A stretch of 64,000 nt of DNA from an uncultured Clostridium sp. (GCA_902490335.1 CABUDL010000007.1:5317-69316), one strand, 5' to 3'. Counted from the stretch's first letter, positions 30,782 to 39,963 are shown. Notes: a model not told the origin generated them from the sequence alone. Translations and numbers: made by a program.

Positions 30782-31339
30782 TTGGCAGATTCCAACATCA
30801 CAAAAAAGGCATTGGCAGGTGCGCTCAAGGAGTTGATGGACACCAAGCCCTTTCAGAAGATCAGTGTCAGCGACATCTGTGAACGGTGTCAGATGAACCG
30901 CAAGAGTTTTTACTATCACTTTAAAGATAAGTATGACCTGATGAACTGGATTTACGACACCGAGTTTATCGGGGTTGCCAAAAATAAAAATTACCAGTCG
31001 GGCTGGGAACTTGCCGAGGACGTCTGCGAGTATTTTTATGTCAACCGCGACTTCTACCGCAAGGCGCTGCGCATCGACGAGCAGAACTGCTTTTCCGAGC
31101 ATTTTCGTGGGATTGCGGTCATCATCCTCTATAACGATTTGGGAAAATTTTTTGGCGAGGATGAGGACCTTTCCTTTTATGTCGATTTTTATGCCGATGC
31201 TCTGGTCTGCGCCATCAAGCGGTGGCTGGTGGACAAGGACTGTATGCCGGCAAGCAAGTTTGTGCAGCTGATCAAGCGCTGCCTGATGGGAATTTCGAAT
31301 GAGGTAGCCGAGGGGCACACCAGTGCGCTGGTGCGCTGA
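30782..31339 (+). CDS. TetR/AcrR family regulator, DhaS-like
   Basis: TKKALA..LKELM..KPFQKISVSDI, FYYHFKDKYDLMNWI; TTG after GGAGGT. Confidence 0.9.
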   Translation: MADSNITKKALAGALKELMDTKPFQKISVSDICERCQMNRKSFYYHFKDKYDLMNWIYDTEFIGVAKNKNYQSGWELAEDVCEYFYVNRDFYRKALRIDEQNCFSEHFRGIAVIILYNDLGKFFGEDEDLSFYVDFYADALVCAIKRWLVDKDCMPASKFVQLIKRCLMGISNEVAEGHTSALVR

Positions 31340-31368
31340 CCGTCAGCTTTTTAGGATGACCGAAGCTT

Positions 31369-32412
31369 CTACTGCTTTTTGTGGGTGGGAGCCTCGGTCT
31401 TTTTCATGGCAAGGCTCAAAATTTGGCGCACCGGGCTGGCAAAAAGGTTGTAGTCTTGTGTGCGGTAGGTGGCGTTGTGGGAATACAATGTGCCATCGCG
31501 GTCAAAGCCTGCCAGACAGACGTCACTGGAGATGATGTTGTCAATCATCAGCAGGTCGTTTTTGATGTCCATTAAGATAAGAGGATACTTTTGTCCATCC
31601 CGCACCGAGAGTACATATTGGTAAACCTCCTGCTGCTGTGTGTTCGGACAGCCGGGCTGTGCCAGCAGCAGAGCGAAGGCAGGATGGGCAGCCAGAACCT
31701 GTTCGAGCCAACTGCCGTCGAGCAGCGAAGGGACCTGCTCGGAGGAATAGCGGTAATGTACGCTGTACAGCAGGCGGTGCTCCCGCAGCAGACGGCAGCT
31801 TTCCACAGCGCCTTCTCCCCATTCGACCGAGAGCATCAGGTTGTGTTTCTTTTCCAGCTGCTGCACAAAGGCGTCGGTAATCTGCTGAGGACGAACAAAG
31901 AGGACAAACGCACAATCGGGATGCTCGGCGGTCAGCGCAAGGCTTTGCTCTGACGGATTGGCAGCTTCCATGAGATAGACATAGATGCCAAGCTCGACAC
32001 CCTGACGGATGACCGAGGAGTAGCAGCCGTTTTCGATTTGAGCGGGGTTCAGCGAGAAGCTCAGCGCCCAGGGGATGTTGAAGCCCTCCTCCTGTTCGAT
32101 TTGGCGGATGATTTTGGCTCCTTTGGTGCAGCCGTTGTAGCCCAGATTCATCCCAAAGGTGACCAGGCGCTCCTCATCGACGTGGGAGACGACGTCCTTA
32201 ATCAGTGGGTAATAGGCGCTTTTTTCGTTGCGCAGCATCTTCTGGGAGGCTTTCAAAAATTTTCTCTGAAAACGCCCGTCGGCAAAGCTCAGTCCAAGGT
32301 CGATTAAATTGCGGATTTCCCGCTCGGGGGAATCGTGCAGTTTTTGAACCGTTCGTCGAACAACCGATTCAATCAGCATCCAGTTAATATCTTTTTTCAT
32401 GGTTAACAGCAC
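31369..32412 (-). CDS. Hypothetical protein, degenerate radical-SAM-like
   Basis: NIPW, IRQGVELGIY, EHPDCAF segments but no CxxxCxxC. Confidence 0.65.
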   Translation of the reverse strand: MLLTMKKDINWMLIESVVRRTVQKLHDSPEREIRNLIDLGLSFADGRFQRKFLKASQKMLRNEKSAYYPLIKDVVSHVDEERLVTFGMNLGYNGCTKGAKIIRQIEQEEGFNIPWALSFSLNPAQIENGCYSSVIRQGVELGIYVYLMEAANPSEQSLALTAEHPDCAFVLFVRPQQITDAFVQQLEKKHNLMLSVEWGEGAVESCRLLREHRLLYSVHYRYSSEQVPSLLDGSWLEQVLAAHPAFALLLAQPGCPNTQQQEVYQYVLSVRDGQKYPLILMDIKNDLLMIDNIISSDVCLAGFDRDGTLYSHNATYRTQDYNLFASPVRQILSLAMKKTEAPTHKKQ

Positions 32413-32556
32413 CTCACGTTATCAATAGAATCGGAATCAGCAGGCAGGGCAGCGATTGAAAGCCGAGCCGCTCCTTTCCGATTCTGTACAAAAACATCTA
32501 CCTTAATATTACAATACTCAAAATCTTTTTTCAAGAAATGGGATTTTATTTGAAAG

Positions 32557-32578
32557 GGACAAAAAATGATTTTTGTCC
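32557..32578. promoter_or_regulatory. Second putative DhaS-type operator
   Basis: GGACA-N12-TGTCC upstream of the 31369-32412 gene. Confidence 0.65.
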
Positions 32579-32671
32579 CAAAAGGTAACAGTTTTAAAGA
32601 CTGTCATAAATTTTCCCAGAAGAGATGGGGTGTCTAATGACATTTGAGGCGGCAACGGGTATACTGCATAA

Positions 32672-32781
32672 CAAGGACGAAGGCAAACGACGTCCTATTG
32701 GCATGACATCCACAACAGCCAAGAGATAGATACAACAAGCACAAAGACGCGGCGGAACTTTCCCGCCGCGTCTTTGTGCTT
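32672..32781 (+). ncRNA. Candidate small RNA
   Basis: ATGACA-N17-TATACT promoter, two short hairpins, 19-bp terminal hairpin, no credible ORF. Confidence 0.45.
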
Positions 32782-32857
32782 ATAAGAAGTTTGTGCCCTT
32801 GCAAGGAGGAAGGGGGAGTGATACAATGGTAAGGAATCCGAAAAAGGAGGAAGAAGG

Positions 32858-33286
32858 ATGAACACACAAAAAAGAAACCAGATGATTGCGCTGGCAGTGG
32901 CAATCATTTTGGGAATCTGCGCGGCGCTGGGTACCCTGCTGACCGGAAACAAACCCTATGCAGGTCTTGAGTCGGAGCAGCTGAGCAAGGTGGAGATACA
33001 GCTGACCCCACCGGACGTCCGCTTTGAGCTGGAGGCGGAGGAGGTCGAGCAGCTGACCCCAATCCTCAGGCAGCTGACCATCTACCGGCAGGACAACTCC
33101 TATGCCGACTATGCAGGGCAGACCGTGAAGGTCCTGCTGACCCTTCAGGACGGCAGCACGATTGAGGTAGTGGAGTGCAATCCGTTTCTGGTAATCGACT
33201 GGGTAGGCTTTAAGGCAAAAGAGGAGAGCTGCACGCAGCTGCAAGCCTTTGCCAACCAGCTGGGAACAGAAAAAGGACTTCTGTAA
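32858..33286 (+). CDS. Hypothetical membrane-anchored/exported protein
   Basis: AAGGAGG RBS, N-terminal hydrophobic helix, own TTGCAA-N17-TACAAT promoter. Confidence 0.8.
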   Translation: MNTQKRNQMIALAVAIILGICAALGTLLTGNKPYAGLESEQLSKVEIQLTPPDVRFELEAEEVEQLTPILRQLTIYRQDNSYADYAGQTVKVLLTLQDGSTIEVVECNPFLVIDWVGFKAKEESCTQLQAFANQLGTEKGLL

Positions 33287-33304
33287 AATTTCATCCAGAA
33301 AAAA

Positions 33305-33408
33305 TAAAAACCGTCCCGCTTGTCGGGACGGTTTTTATACGCTTTGTAATCAGCTGTCCAAAGCCGGGAGGGAGAGAGGAAGAGAACGCATTTTCGGTGA
33401 AAATATAC
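33305..33408 (-). ncRNA. Candidate CU-rich small RNA ending at a bidirectional terminator
   Basis: TTGATT-N18-TACTAT (33442-33413); tract TTCTCTTCCTCTCTCCCTCCC; terminator taaaaaccgtcccg/cgggacggttttta. Confidence 0.4.
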
Positions 33409-33597
33409 CGATATAGTATTGTTGCAAAATTCCAGAAATCAAGCGGAGATTTTGTGGCTTTTTGAGAAAATTTTTTTGCAAAATCCGCAGGGTCTGTTGA
33501 GCCCAAAAACGGCAAAGGCGGATGAGTAAAGGGTTTGCAGCTGCTCTAATCGAAAAGAGCGGGAGTTTTTGAAGGGTTTTGCGCTTCTTTTTTCTCC

Positions 33598-33652
33598 TTG
33601 ACAGAATCAAGATATAGTGGTATAAAGTACAAGGCAATACAAATTATAGATT
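33598..33652 (+). promoter_or_regulatory. nrdD promoter with tandem NrdR boxes
   Basis: TTGACA-N17-TATAAA; boxes aatCaAgATaTaGtgg (33605) and ataCaAatTaTaGatt (33637), 32 bp apart. Confidence 0.75.
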
Positions 33653-33745
33653 TACACAAGGTAAATATCCATAGAAAGGTCCAAATGAGGACCGTTGCCT
33701 GTTATTTTTTAAGTGAGATAAAATAAAGATAAGAGGGGAATCGAG

Positions 33746-36031
33746 ATGATTAACAAAGTTATCAAAAGAGATGGGCGTGTCGTCGATTTCGACAGCAGCA
33801 AGATTCTTGCAGCGGTGGAAAAGTCGATGAAGGCAGCCGGTCAGGCGGCTCCTCAGGGCGCCGCAGCGGTGACAGAGGCAGTTGTCAGATATCTGGAGGC
33901 GCATTATCCCGATACCCCGCCCAAGATTGAGGAGATTCAGGACGTTGTGGAGCATGAGCTGATGCGCATGGGCTTTGATGAGGTGGCAAAACAGTACATC
34001 CTCTATCGTGCAAACCGCACCCGCATCCGCGAGGCAAACACCAGCCTGATGAAAACCATCGACGAAATCACCCGCGTGGATGCCCGCCAGAGCGACGTCA
34101 AACGCGATAACGCCAACATCGACGGCAACACCGCAATGGGCAGTATGCTGCAGATTGGCACCGCAGGCGCCAAGGCTTACAATGAAGCCTACCTGCTGAC
34201 ACCGGCACAGGCAAAAGCCTACCGCGAGGGCGACATCCACATCCATGACTTTGATTTTTATTCGCTGACCACCACCTGCACCCAGATTGACATTGTCAAT
34301 CTGTTTGACGGCGGATTTTCGACCGGGCACGGCTTTTTGCGTGAGCCACAGAGCATCCAGAGCTATGCAGCGCTGGCAGCCATCGCCATCCAGTCCAACC
34401 AGAACGACCAGCACGGCGGACAGAGCATCCCGAACTTTGATTACGGGATGGCGCTGGGTGTAAAAAAGACCTTTAAAAAGGCGTACACCAACAAGCTGAT
34501 GGAAGGCGTTGAGGATTACCTGGACACCGAGGACGAAAAGCAGACGATTGCACAGGTGCTGGAGGAAGCACAGCAGAAGACCGGCTGCGGTCCGCGTTTG
34601 GAGATTGGAGCAAAGGAATTTGACGCAGCGGTCGTAGAGAGCCTGTGCAGCCATTATGAGATAACCGAGCCAAAGGCAGCAAGACTGGTTGAGGTGGCAA
34701 GACACCGCGCCGAGCGCAAAGCGGACCGCGACACCTATCAGGCGATGGAGGGCTTTGTCCACAATCTGAACACCATGCACTCCCGTGCAGGCGCACAGAC
34801 TCCGTTCAGCTCCATCAACTACGGCACCGACACCTCCCCGGAGGGCAGAATGGTCATCCGCAACATCCTGCTGGCGACCGATGCCGGTCTGGGTCATGGG
34901 GAGACCTGTATCTTCCCAATCCATGTATTCAAGGTCAAGGAAGGGGTCAACTACAACGAAGGCGACCCGAACTACGATTTGTTCAAACTCTCCTGCAAGG
35001 TGAGCGCCAAGAGATTGTTCCCGAACTACATCTTCCTGGATGCTCCGTTCAACCTTCAGTACTATAAACCGGGACGCCCGGAGACCGAGGTAGCCACCAT
35101 GGGCTGCCGCACCCGCGTGATGGGCAACGTTTACGACCCATCCAGAGAAATCAGCTACGGCAGAGGAAACCTGTCCTTTACCTCCATCAACCTGCCGCGC
35201 ATTGCCATCGAGGCAGACCATGATGAGAAGCGCTTCTATGAAAAGCTGGACGAGATGCTCGACCTGGTTGCCAACCAGCTGCTGGACCGCTTTGAGATTC
35301 AGGCATCCAAACGGGTGTATAACTACCCATTCCTGATGGGTCAGGGCGTATGGCTGGACAGCGACAAGCTCAGCCCGAACGATGAGGTGCGCGAAGTGCT
35401 CAAGCACGGAACCCTCTCGATTGGTTTCATCGGTCTGGCAGAAACCTTGACCGCTCTGTACGGTCATCACCACGGCGAGAGCGATGAGATGCAGCAGAAG
35501 GGCTTGGAAATCATCCGTTATATGCGCGCTTACTGCGACCGCAAGAGTGAAGAAACCAAGATGAACTTCTCGCTGCTGGCAACACCGGCAGAGGGATTGT
35601 CGGGACGCTTCATCCGCATGGATAAAAAACGTTTCGGTGTAATCCCGGGTGTGACCGACAAGGATTACTACACCAACTCCTTCCACATCCCGGTATGGTA
35701 CAACATCTCTGCCTTCGAGAAGATTCAGAAGGAAGCGCCATACCATGCGCTGACCAACGCCGGACACATCAGCTATGTGGAGCTGGACGGCGATACCTCC
35801 AACAACGTGGATGCGTTTGAGTCGGTTGTTCGTTGTATGCACGATGCAGGCATCGGCTACGGCTCCATCAACCATCCGGTCGACCGCGACCCGGTTTGCG
35901 GATATGTCGGTGTGATTGGGGATGTCTGCCCACGCTGCGGCAGACGGGACGGAGAGTCCATCAGCCCGGAGCGTCTGGCACAGCTGCGCAAGCAGTACCC
36001 GGATATTCCGACCTTCCGCGGAATTGACTAA
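33746..36031 (+). CDS. nrdD: Anaerobic (class III) ribonucleotide reductase, large part lacking the glycyl-radical segment
   Basis: ATP cone, IHIHD, NDQHGGQS, MGCRT, GRGNLSFTSINLPR, ATPAEGLS, YTNSFH, DPVCG..CPRCG; no RxxGY. Confidence 0.95.
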   Translation: MINKVIKRDGRVVDFDSSKILAAVEKSMKAAGQAAPQGAAAVTEAVVRYLEAHYPDTPPKIEEIQDVVEHELMRMGFDEVAKQYILYRANRTRIREANTSLMKTIDEITRVDARQSDVKRDNANIDGNTAMGSMLQIGTAGAKAYNEAYLLTPAQAKAYREGDIHIHDFDFYSLTTTCTQIDIVNLFDGGFSTGHGFLREPQSIQSYAALAAIAIQSNQNDQHGGQSIPNFDYGMALGVKKTFKKAYTNKLMEGVEDYLDTEDEKQTIAQVLEEAQQKTGCGPRLEIGAKEFDAAVVESLCSHYEITEPKAARLVEVARHRAERKADRDTYQAMEGFVHNLNTMHSRAGAQTPFSSINYGTDTSPEGRMVIRNILLATDAGLGHGETCIFPIHVFKVKEGVNYNEGDPNYDLFKLSCKVSAKRLFPNYIFLDAPFNLQYYKPGRPETEVATMGCRTRVMGNVYDPSREISYGRGNLSFTSINLPRIAIEADHDEKRFYEKLDEMLDLVANQLLDRFEIQASKRVYNYPFLMGQGVWLDSDKLSPNDEVREVLKHGTLSIGFIGLAETLTALYGHHHGESDEMQQKGLEIIRYMRAYCDRKSEETKMNFSLLATPAEGLSGRFIRMDKKRFGVIPGVTDKDYYTNSFHIPVWYNISAFEKIQKEAPYHALTNAGHISYVELDGDTSNNVDAFESVVRCMHDAGIGYGSINHPVDRDPVCGYVGVIGDVCPRCGRRDGESISPERLAQLRKQYPDIPTFRGID

Positions 36032-36087
36032 TCGAAAATTTACCCAAAAGAGAAAGATTGATTTAGAATACAAAAGGAGAATGAATT

Positions 36088-36252
36088 ATGTCCGCAATGC
36101 AGAAACAGTCCACCGTAGGCAAAGATGTCAGCTTTGAAAGAATCCGCCGCATCACCGGCTACCTGGTAGGTACCATGGACAAATGGAACGATGCCAAAAA
36201 AGCAGAGGAACATGACCGTGTGAAACATGGTCTGTCCTGCGGCTGCAAATAA
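36088..36252 (+). CDS. Stand-alone NrdD glycyl-radical domain peptide (54 aa, not in ORF track)
   Basis: MSAMQKQSTVGKDVSFERIRRITGYLVGTMDKWNDAKKAEEHDRVKHGLSCGCK; own AAGGAG RBS; TAATG overlap with nrdG. Confidence 0.92.
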   Translation: MSAMQKQSTVGKDVSFERIRRITGYLVGTMDKWNDAKKAEEHDRVKHGLSCGCK

Positions 36253-36776
36253 TGATGGAACTGAACGTAGCGGGAATCGTCGGGGAAAGCATTGTGGATG
36301 GACCGGGCATCCGCCTGACCGTCTTCTGTCAGGGGTGTCCGCACCACTGTCCCGGCTGCCAGAACCCGGAAACCTGGGAGTTTGCCGAGCGCACCAGGAT
36401 GTCTCCCGAACAGATTCTGGAGATGGTCAAGCGCAATCCGCTGATCCGTGGAGTGACCCTGTCGGGCGGCGAGCCGTTTTCTCAGCCGGCAGAACACGCA
36501 CAGCTGGCGCAGCTGCTGCATCAGAACGGCTATGAGGTAGCGGCGTACACCGGATACACCTTCGAGCAGCTGCTGGAGGGAACACCTCAGCAGCGCCAAC
36601 TGCTGGAGAATATCGACGTTCTGGTGGACGGACCCTTCCTTCTGGAGAAAAAGACACTGGAGCTTCGTTTCCGCGGCAGCAGCAACCAACGTGTCCTGAA
36701 TGTGCCCGAAAGCCTTGCACAGGGAAAGGCCGTTTGGGAAAGCCGCGAAAGCTGGGTCGGAGAGCGCCGCTTTTAA
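36252..36776 (+). CDS. nrdG: Anaerobic RNR activating enzyme
   Basis: SIVDGPGIR, GCPHHCPGC, SGGEPF, FRGSSNQR. Confidence 0.96.
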   Translation: MMELNVAGIVGESIVDGPGIRLTVFCQGCPHHCPGCQNPETWEFAERTRMSPEQILEMVKRNPLIRGVTLSGGEPFSQPAEHAQLAQLLHQNGYEVAAYTGYTFEQLLEGTPQQRQLLENIDVLVDGPFLLEKKTLELRFRGSSNQRVLNVPESLAQGKAVWESRESWVGERRF

Positions 36777-36811
36777 AGTGGATTTCAAAGCAGATTTGTC
36801 CGAAAAGCAAT

Positions 36812-36850
36812 AAAAAATGTTCAGCAGAATCTTCTGCTGAACATTTTTTT
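36812..36850. terminator. Bidirectional terminator
   Basis: aaaaaatgttcagcagaa/ttctgctgaacatttttt. Confidence 0.85.
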
Positions 36851-36855
36851 GTCGG

Positions 36856-37635
36856 TTATTTCTCTTTTGCTTTAGAGCTGCCCAAGGGAAAGGAACGGAA
36901 CTCTTCGATAAACTCCCGCAGGAAATTTTCTACGAGGTCCAACGCTTTTTTCCCCATTGCAGCGGTCGAATCGGCTGGGTCGCGGGGACCAAACCAACCG
37001 CTGGGAGCATTTTCACAGGTGTCGCGCGGCAGGCGCACCGAGCCGCCGTGAAAGGAAATCATCTGGATGGAGGCACAGTCGGTGTTGGCAGAAGGCGCAT
37101 GGCTGTTCATCGGCTGGCACAGCTGCAGCTGCACCGCCTGCGGGTCCACCGCCATCATCGCAGAGGTTTCCAGAATGTCCCCGTGTCCTCCTTTGAGCGT
37201 CGGGTCCAGCTGCCCTGCCAGGCTCCACCAGTCGATGCTGGCGCAGACGCCGTCCGCATGGTAGATTTCCAGAGCGGTTTTGTCGATGGCAGGATTGTTG
37301 CCGCCGTGCCCGTTTAGGATGAGGAAGCGGCGGGCGCCGTGCTGCATCAGCGAAAAGGTGATGCTGTGCAGCAGGTGGTGCAGCCCTTCATAGCCGATGT
37401 CGATGCTGCCGGCAAAGCTCATGTGGTAGGGACATACCCCATAAGGGACCGTAGGAGCGACGATAACATTGGGCAGCGACTCCACCTGTCGGGCAAGGTG
37501 GTCCGGGATCAGGAAATCGGTGCCAAGCGCGCACTGCGGTCCGTGCTGCTCACAGCTGCCGACCGGCAGCAGGATGACCGGGTCCAGCCGGAACGCCTGA
37601 GCTGCCTGCTCGGTGGTCATTTTTGCAAGGAACAT
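36856..37635 (-). CDS. Creatininase-family amidohydrolase
   Basis: PVGSCEQHG, GTD, NGHGGN, GHGDILETS. Confidence 0.92.
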   Translation of the reverse strand: MFLAKMTTEQAAQAFRLDPVILLPVGSCEQHGPQCALGTDFLIPDHLARQVESLPNVIVAPTVPYGVCPYHMSFAGSIDIGYEGLHHLLHSITFSLMQHGARRFLILNGHGGNNPAIDKTALEIYHADGVCASIDWWSLAGQLDPTLKGGHGDILETSAMMAVDPQAVQLQLCQPMNSHAPSANTDCASIQMISFHGGSVRLPRDTCENAPSGWFGPRDPADSTAAMGKKALDLVENFLREFIEEFRSFPLGSSKAKEK

Positions 37636-37893
37636 AAAAAACGCATCCTTTCTATTCAGAATCAATAAAGAAAAAGTAAAAAGTTTAAAAAAATTGCGCA
37701 ATCTGACATTTTATTTGAGGATTGTACTTTACTTTTTACCTCATATATTGTAAACTATTTATTAGAAGCCTCTTTTTCATTTATTTTACAGCCTCATTAT
37801 ACTCTTTGCGGCGGAGAATGTAAAGTGAGCGACAAAACAGCGAATCGAAAGGTTCAAGGCGTCAATCTAGTTGATAAAGGACAGGAAAAAGAC

Positions 37894-38772
37894 ATGGATA
37901 TTATTCAAAGAATTCACTCCGCTTACCCGGAAATGACCAAGAAACAGAAAAGCATCGCAGACTGCCTGCTGGAATCACCGGAAGATATTGCATATATCAC
38001 CCTGGCTCAGCTGAGTCAAAAAACCTCCTCCTCTGAGCTGACCCTGCTGCGCTTTTGCCAGAAGGTGGGCTACTCCAGCTTTTTGGAGATGAAGAGCGCC
38101 TTCCGTGAGTACACACAGAATATGGTAAAGCTTCTCTCTTCGCCGCAGTACTTTGTCCCGGATGCCACCATCACCGACATCAGCGGAAAATCGGAGCTGC
38201 TGCGTCAGATTTGCCGGGAGGAGTCGGACGCCTGCAAGGAATTTTTTGCTTCGCTCGATCTGCTTTCCATCATCTCGGCAGCAGAAGCGATTCGCAAAAG
38301 CAAACGTATTTTTATTTGTGCACACGACATCTCTCATGTGTTGGCAGAGTTTTTGGCAGCAAGGCTGAAACTGCTCTACTTTGAGCCGAAGATGATCGAC
38401 CTGAACAACCTCAACGACACCCAGGAAAAGCTGGAGATGCTGACCAGCGACGACATCGTTATCTTTATTGCCTTTCCAAAATACTACTACCCGCTGGGCT
38501 CCATTGCCAAAAATGCCTTTTCGCGCGGCGCACAGATTTTGACCATCACCGACAGCGTTTCTTCGCCGACGGTGCAGTACAGCAAATATCTGCTGCTCTG
38601 CCACACCTCCACCAGAGTCTTTTATAACTCGCTGACTTTGCCGATGGCACTGGCAAACCTGCTGCTCTCCTATCTGGTCATCGACCTGGGACCGGATTAC
38701 CGCAGCCGCGATTTGAGCAATGCGCCATTGCCAAAGACCGATTCCTTGGCAGAACAGGAAAAAACAGAATAA
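37894..38772 (+). CDS. MurR/RpiR family transcriptional regulator
   Basis: N-terminal HTH (LLRFCQKVGYSSF), SIS domain, FPKY, ITDS..SP. Confidence 0.9.
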   Translation: MDIIQRIHSAYPEMTKKQKSIADCLLESPEDIAYITLAQLSQKTSSSELTLLRFCQKVGYSSFLEMKSAFREYTQNMVKLLSSPQYFVPDATITDISGKSELLRQICREESDACKEFFASLDLLSIISAAEAIRKSKRIFICAHDISHVLAEFLAARLKLLYFEPKMIDLNNLNDTQEKLEMLTSDDIVIFIAFPKYYYPLGSIAKNAFSRGAQILTITDSVSSPTVQYSKYLLLCHTSTRVFYNSLTLPMALANLLLSYLVIDLGPDYRSRDLSNAPLPKTDSLAEQEKTE

Positions 38773-38865
38773 CCTTCTCTTATGAAATAAACCGCCTTCG
38801 CATTTTGGTGCGAGGGCGGTTTTGATTTGGACAGAGTCTTTATCCTATGGTCGGCAGCCGGAAGG

Positions 38866-39357
38866 CTATTGACACAGCTCTACCGCCTGCTTGCCGCTCA
38901 TCTGCTCGATTTCAAAGCAGAGGATGCACAGCGAGGACCATTCCTTGTCGATGGTCTGCTGGTGGCTCTGCGGGCTGTCCAGCGGGACATAGCGAGCGCA
39001 CAGCTTGCGCACGGCATCCATCTTTTCGTCGGGCTGCTCAACGATGCGCACCCTGCCACGCAGCACCACACTCTGATAAAAGGTGGTGTAGCGCTCGGGA
39101 CAGATGCGGTCCTGTGCGATGACACAAAATCCGGCGCGGTCGTCCTGACGGAGCAAATCCAGCTTGTAGCCGGACAGGGCACAGTGAAAGTAGAGTTTGC
39201 CATCGGTGTAGACGTAGCTTAAAGGAACTTGATAAGGAAAGCCGTCCGGCTGGTTGAGCGACAGGGTACCGGATGTAGAAGATTCCAGCAGTTTGATGGA
39301 TTGCTGCTGGGAAAGCTGCTGGCGGTGACGCCGCATGGAAATGGGATTCATGGACAT
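38866..39357 (-). CDS. Pyridoxamine 5'-phosphate oxidase family (NimA-like) flavoprotein
   Basis: MRR..QQL, PYQVPLSY, LYFHCALSGYK, YQSVV, MSGK. Confidence 0.88.
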   Translation of the reverse strand: MSMNPISMRRHRQQLSQQQSIKLLESSTSGTLSLNQPDGFPYQVPLSYVYTDGKLYFHCALSGYKLDLLRQDDRAGFCVIAQDRICPERYTTFYQSVVLRGRVRIVEQPDEKMDAVRKLCARYVPLDSPQSHQQTIDKEWSSLCILCFEIEQMSGKQAVELCQ

Positions 39358-39376
39358 GACCTCCTGAGATGATGGA

Positions 39377-39886
39377 TTATTTTTTGCGCAGCGGGAAAAT
39401 CAACAGCATGGAAGCCAGCTTGATGCGGCTGCGGCGGTCGTACAGCTCATAGGATTCGATGCCGGGCAGGACCTCATAACCGGAATCGGGCAGCCATTTG
39501 TTGAAGAAATAATTTTTGGCTTTGGCTACGGCAAGGGTCAGACCGGAAGGGTCCTTGAAATCAACGTTGATTTGCGCATAGGCGCCGACTGGAAGCTCCT
39601 TGACCAGCAGCTCTTCCTCCTGCTCGCTGTTGTCCACCAGGTCACCGACAAAGTAGGAAAAGCGTCCCTGCTCGTCCGGCACAGCGGTGGCAACCAGTGT
39701 GCCGCTGGGATTGGACGGCTCTTTTAGCAGCGAGCGTTTGGACTGGAATTTTTGCTGGAGTGCGGTGACATCCTTGCGGTAATCGTGTTTGTCGGTGGTG
39801 ACCTCCATCCCTGCGGCAAAGCGGGAATGGTCAAACTCCTTCACAACGACTGTGAAGGGTGGTTTCTTTTGGAAAAAAGAAAACAT
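39377..39886 (-). CDS. GyrI-like effector-binding domain protein
   Basis: FSYFVG, LPVGAYA, WLPDSGYE, ELYD.R. Confidence 0.8.
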   Translation of the reverse strand: MFSFFQKKPPFTVVVKEFDHSRFAAGMEVTTDKHDYRKDVTALQQKFQSKRSLLKEPSNPSGTLVATAVPDEQGRFSYFVGDLVDNSEQEEELLVKELPVGAYAQINVDFKDPSGLTLAVAKAKNYFFNKWLPDSGYEVLPGIESYELYDRRSRIKLASMLLIFPLRKK

Positions 39887-39963
39887 AATAAAAATCCTCC
39901 CGTAAAATAAGATGATATAAAAAATCAGCCCCTTGAGAAAACCCAAGGGGCTAAAGATTTGTC

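Noticed and set aside
33644..36073. 809-aa minus-strand ORF
   Set aside because: Antisense shadow of nrdD caused by codon bias
36029..36090. Read-through or programmed frameshift joining nrdD to its missing C-terminus
   Set aside because: The frames differ, the small ORF has its own RBS, and no convincing slippery site with a stimulatory structure was seen
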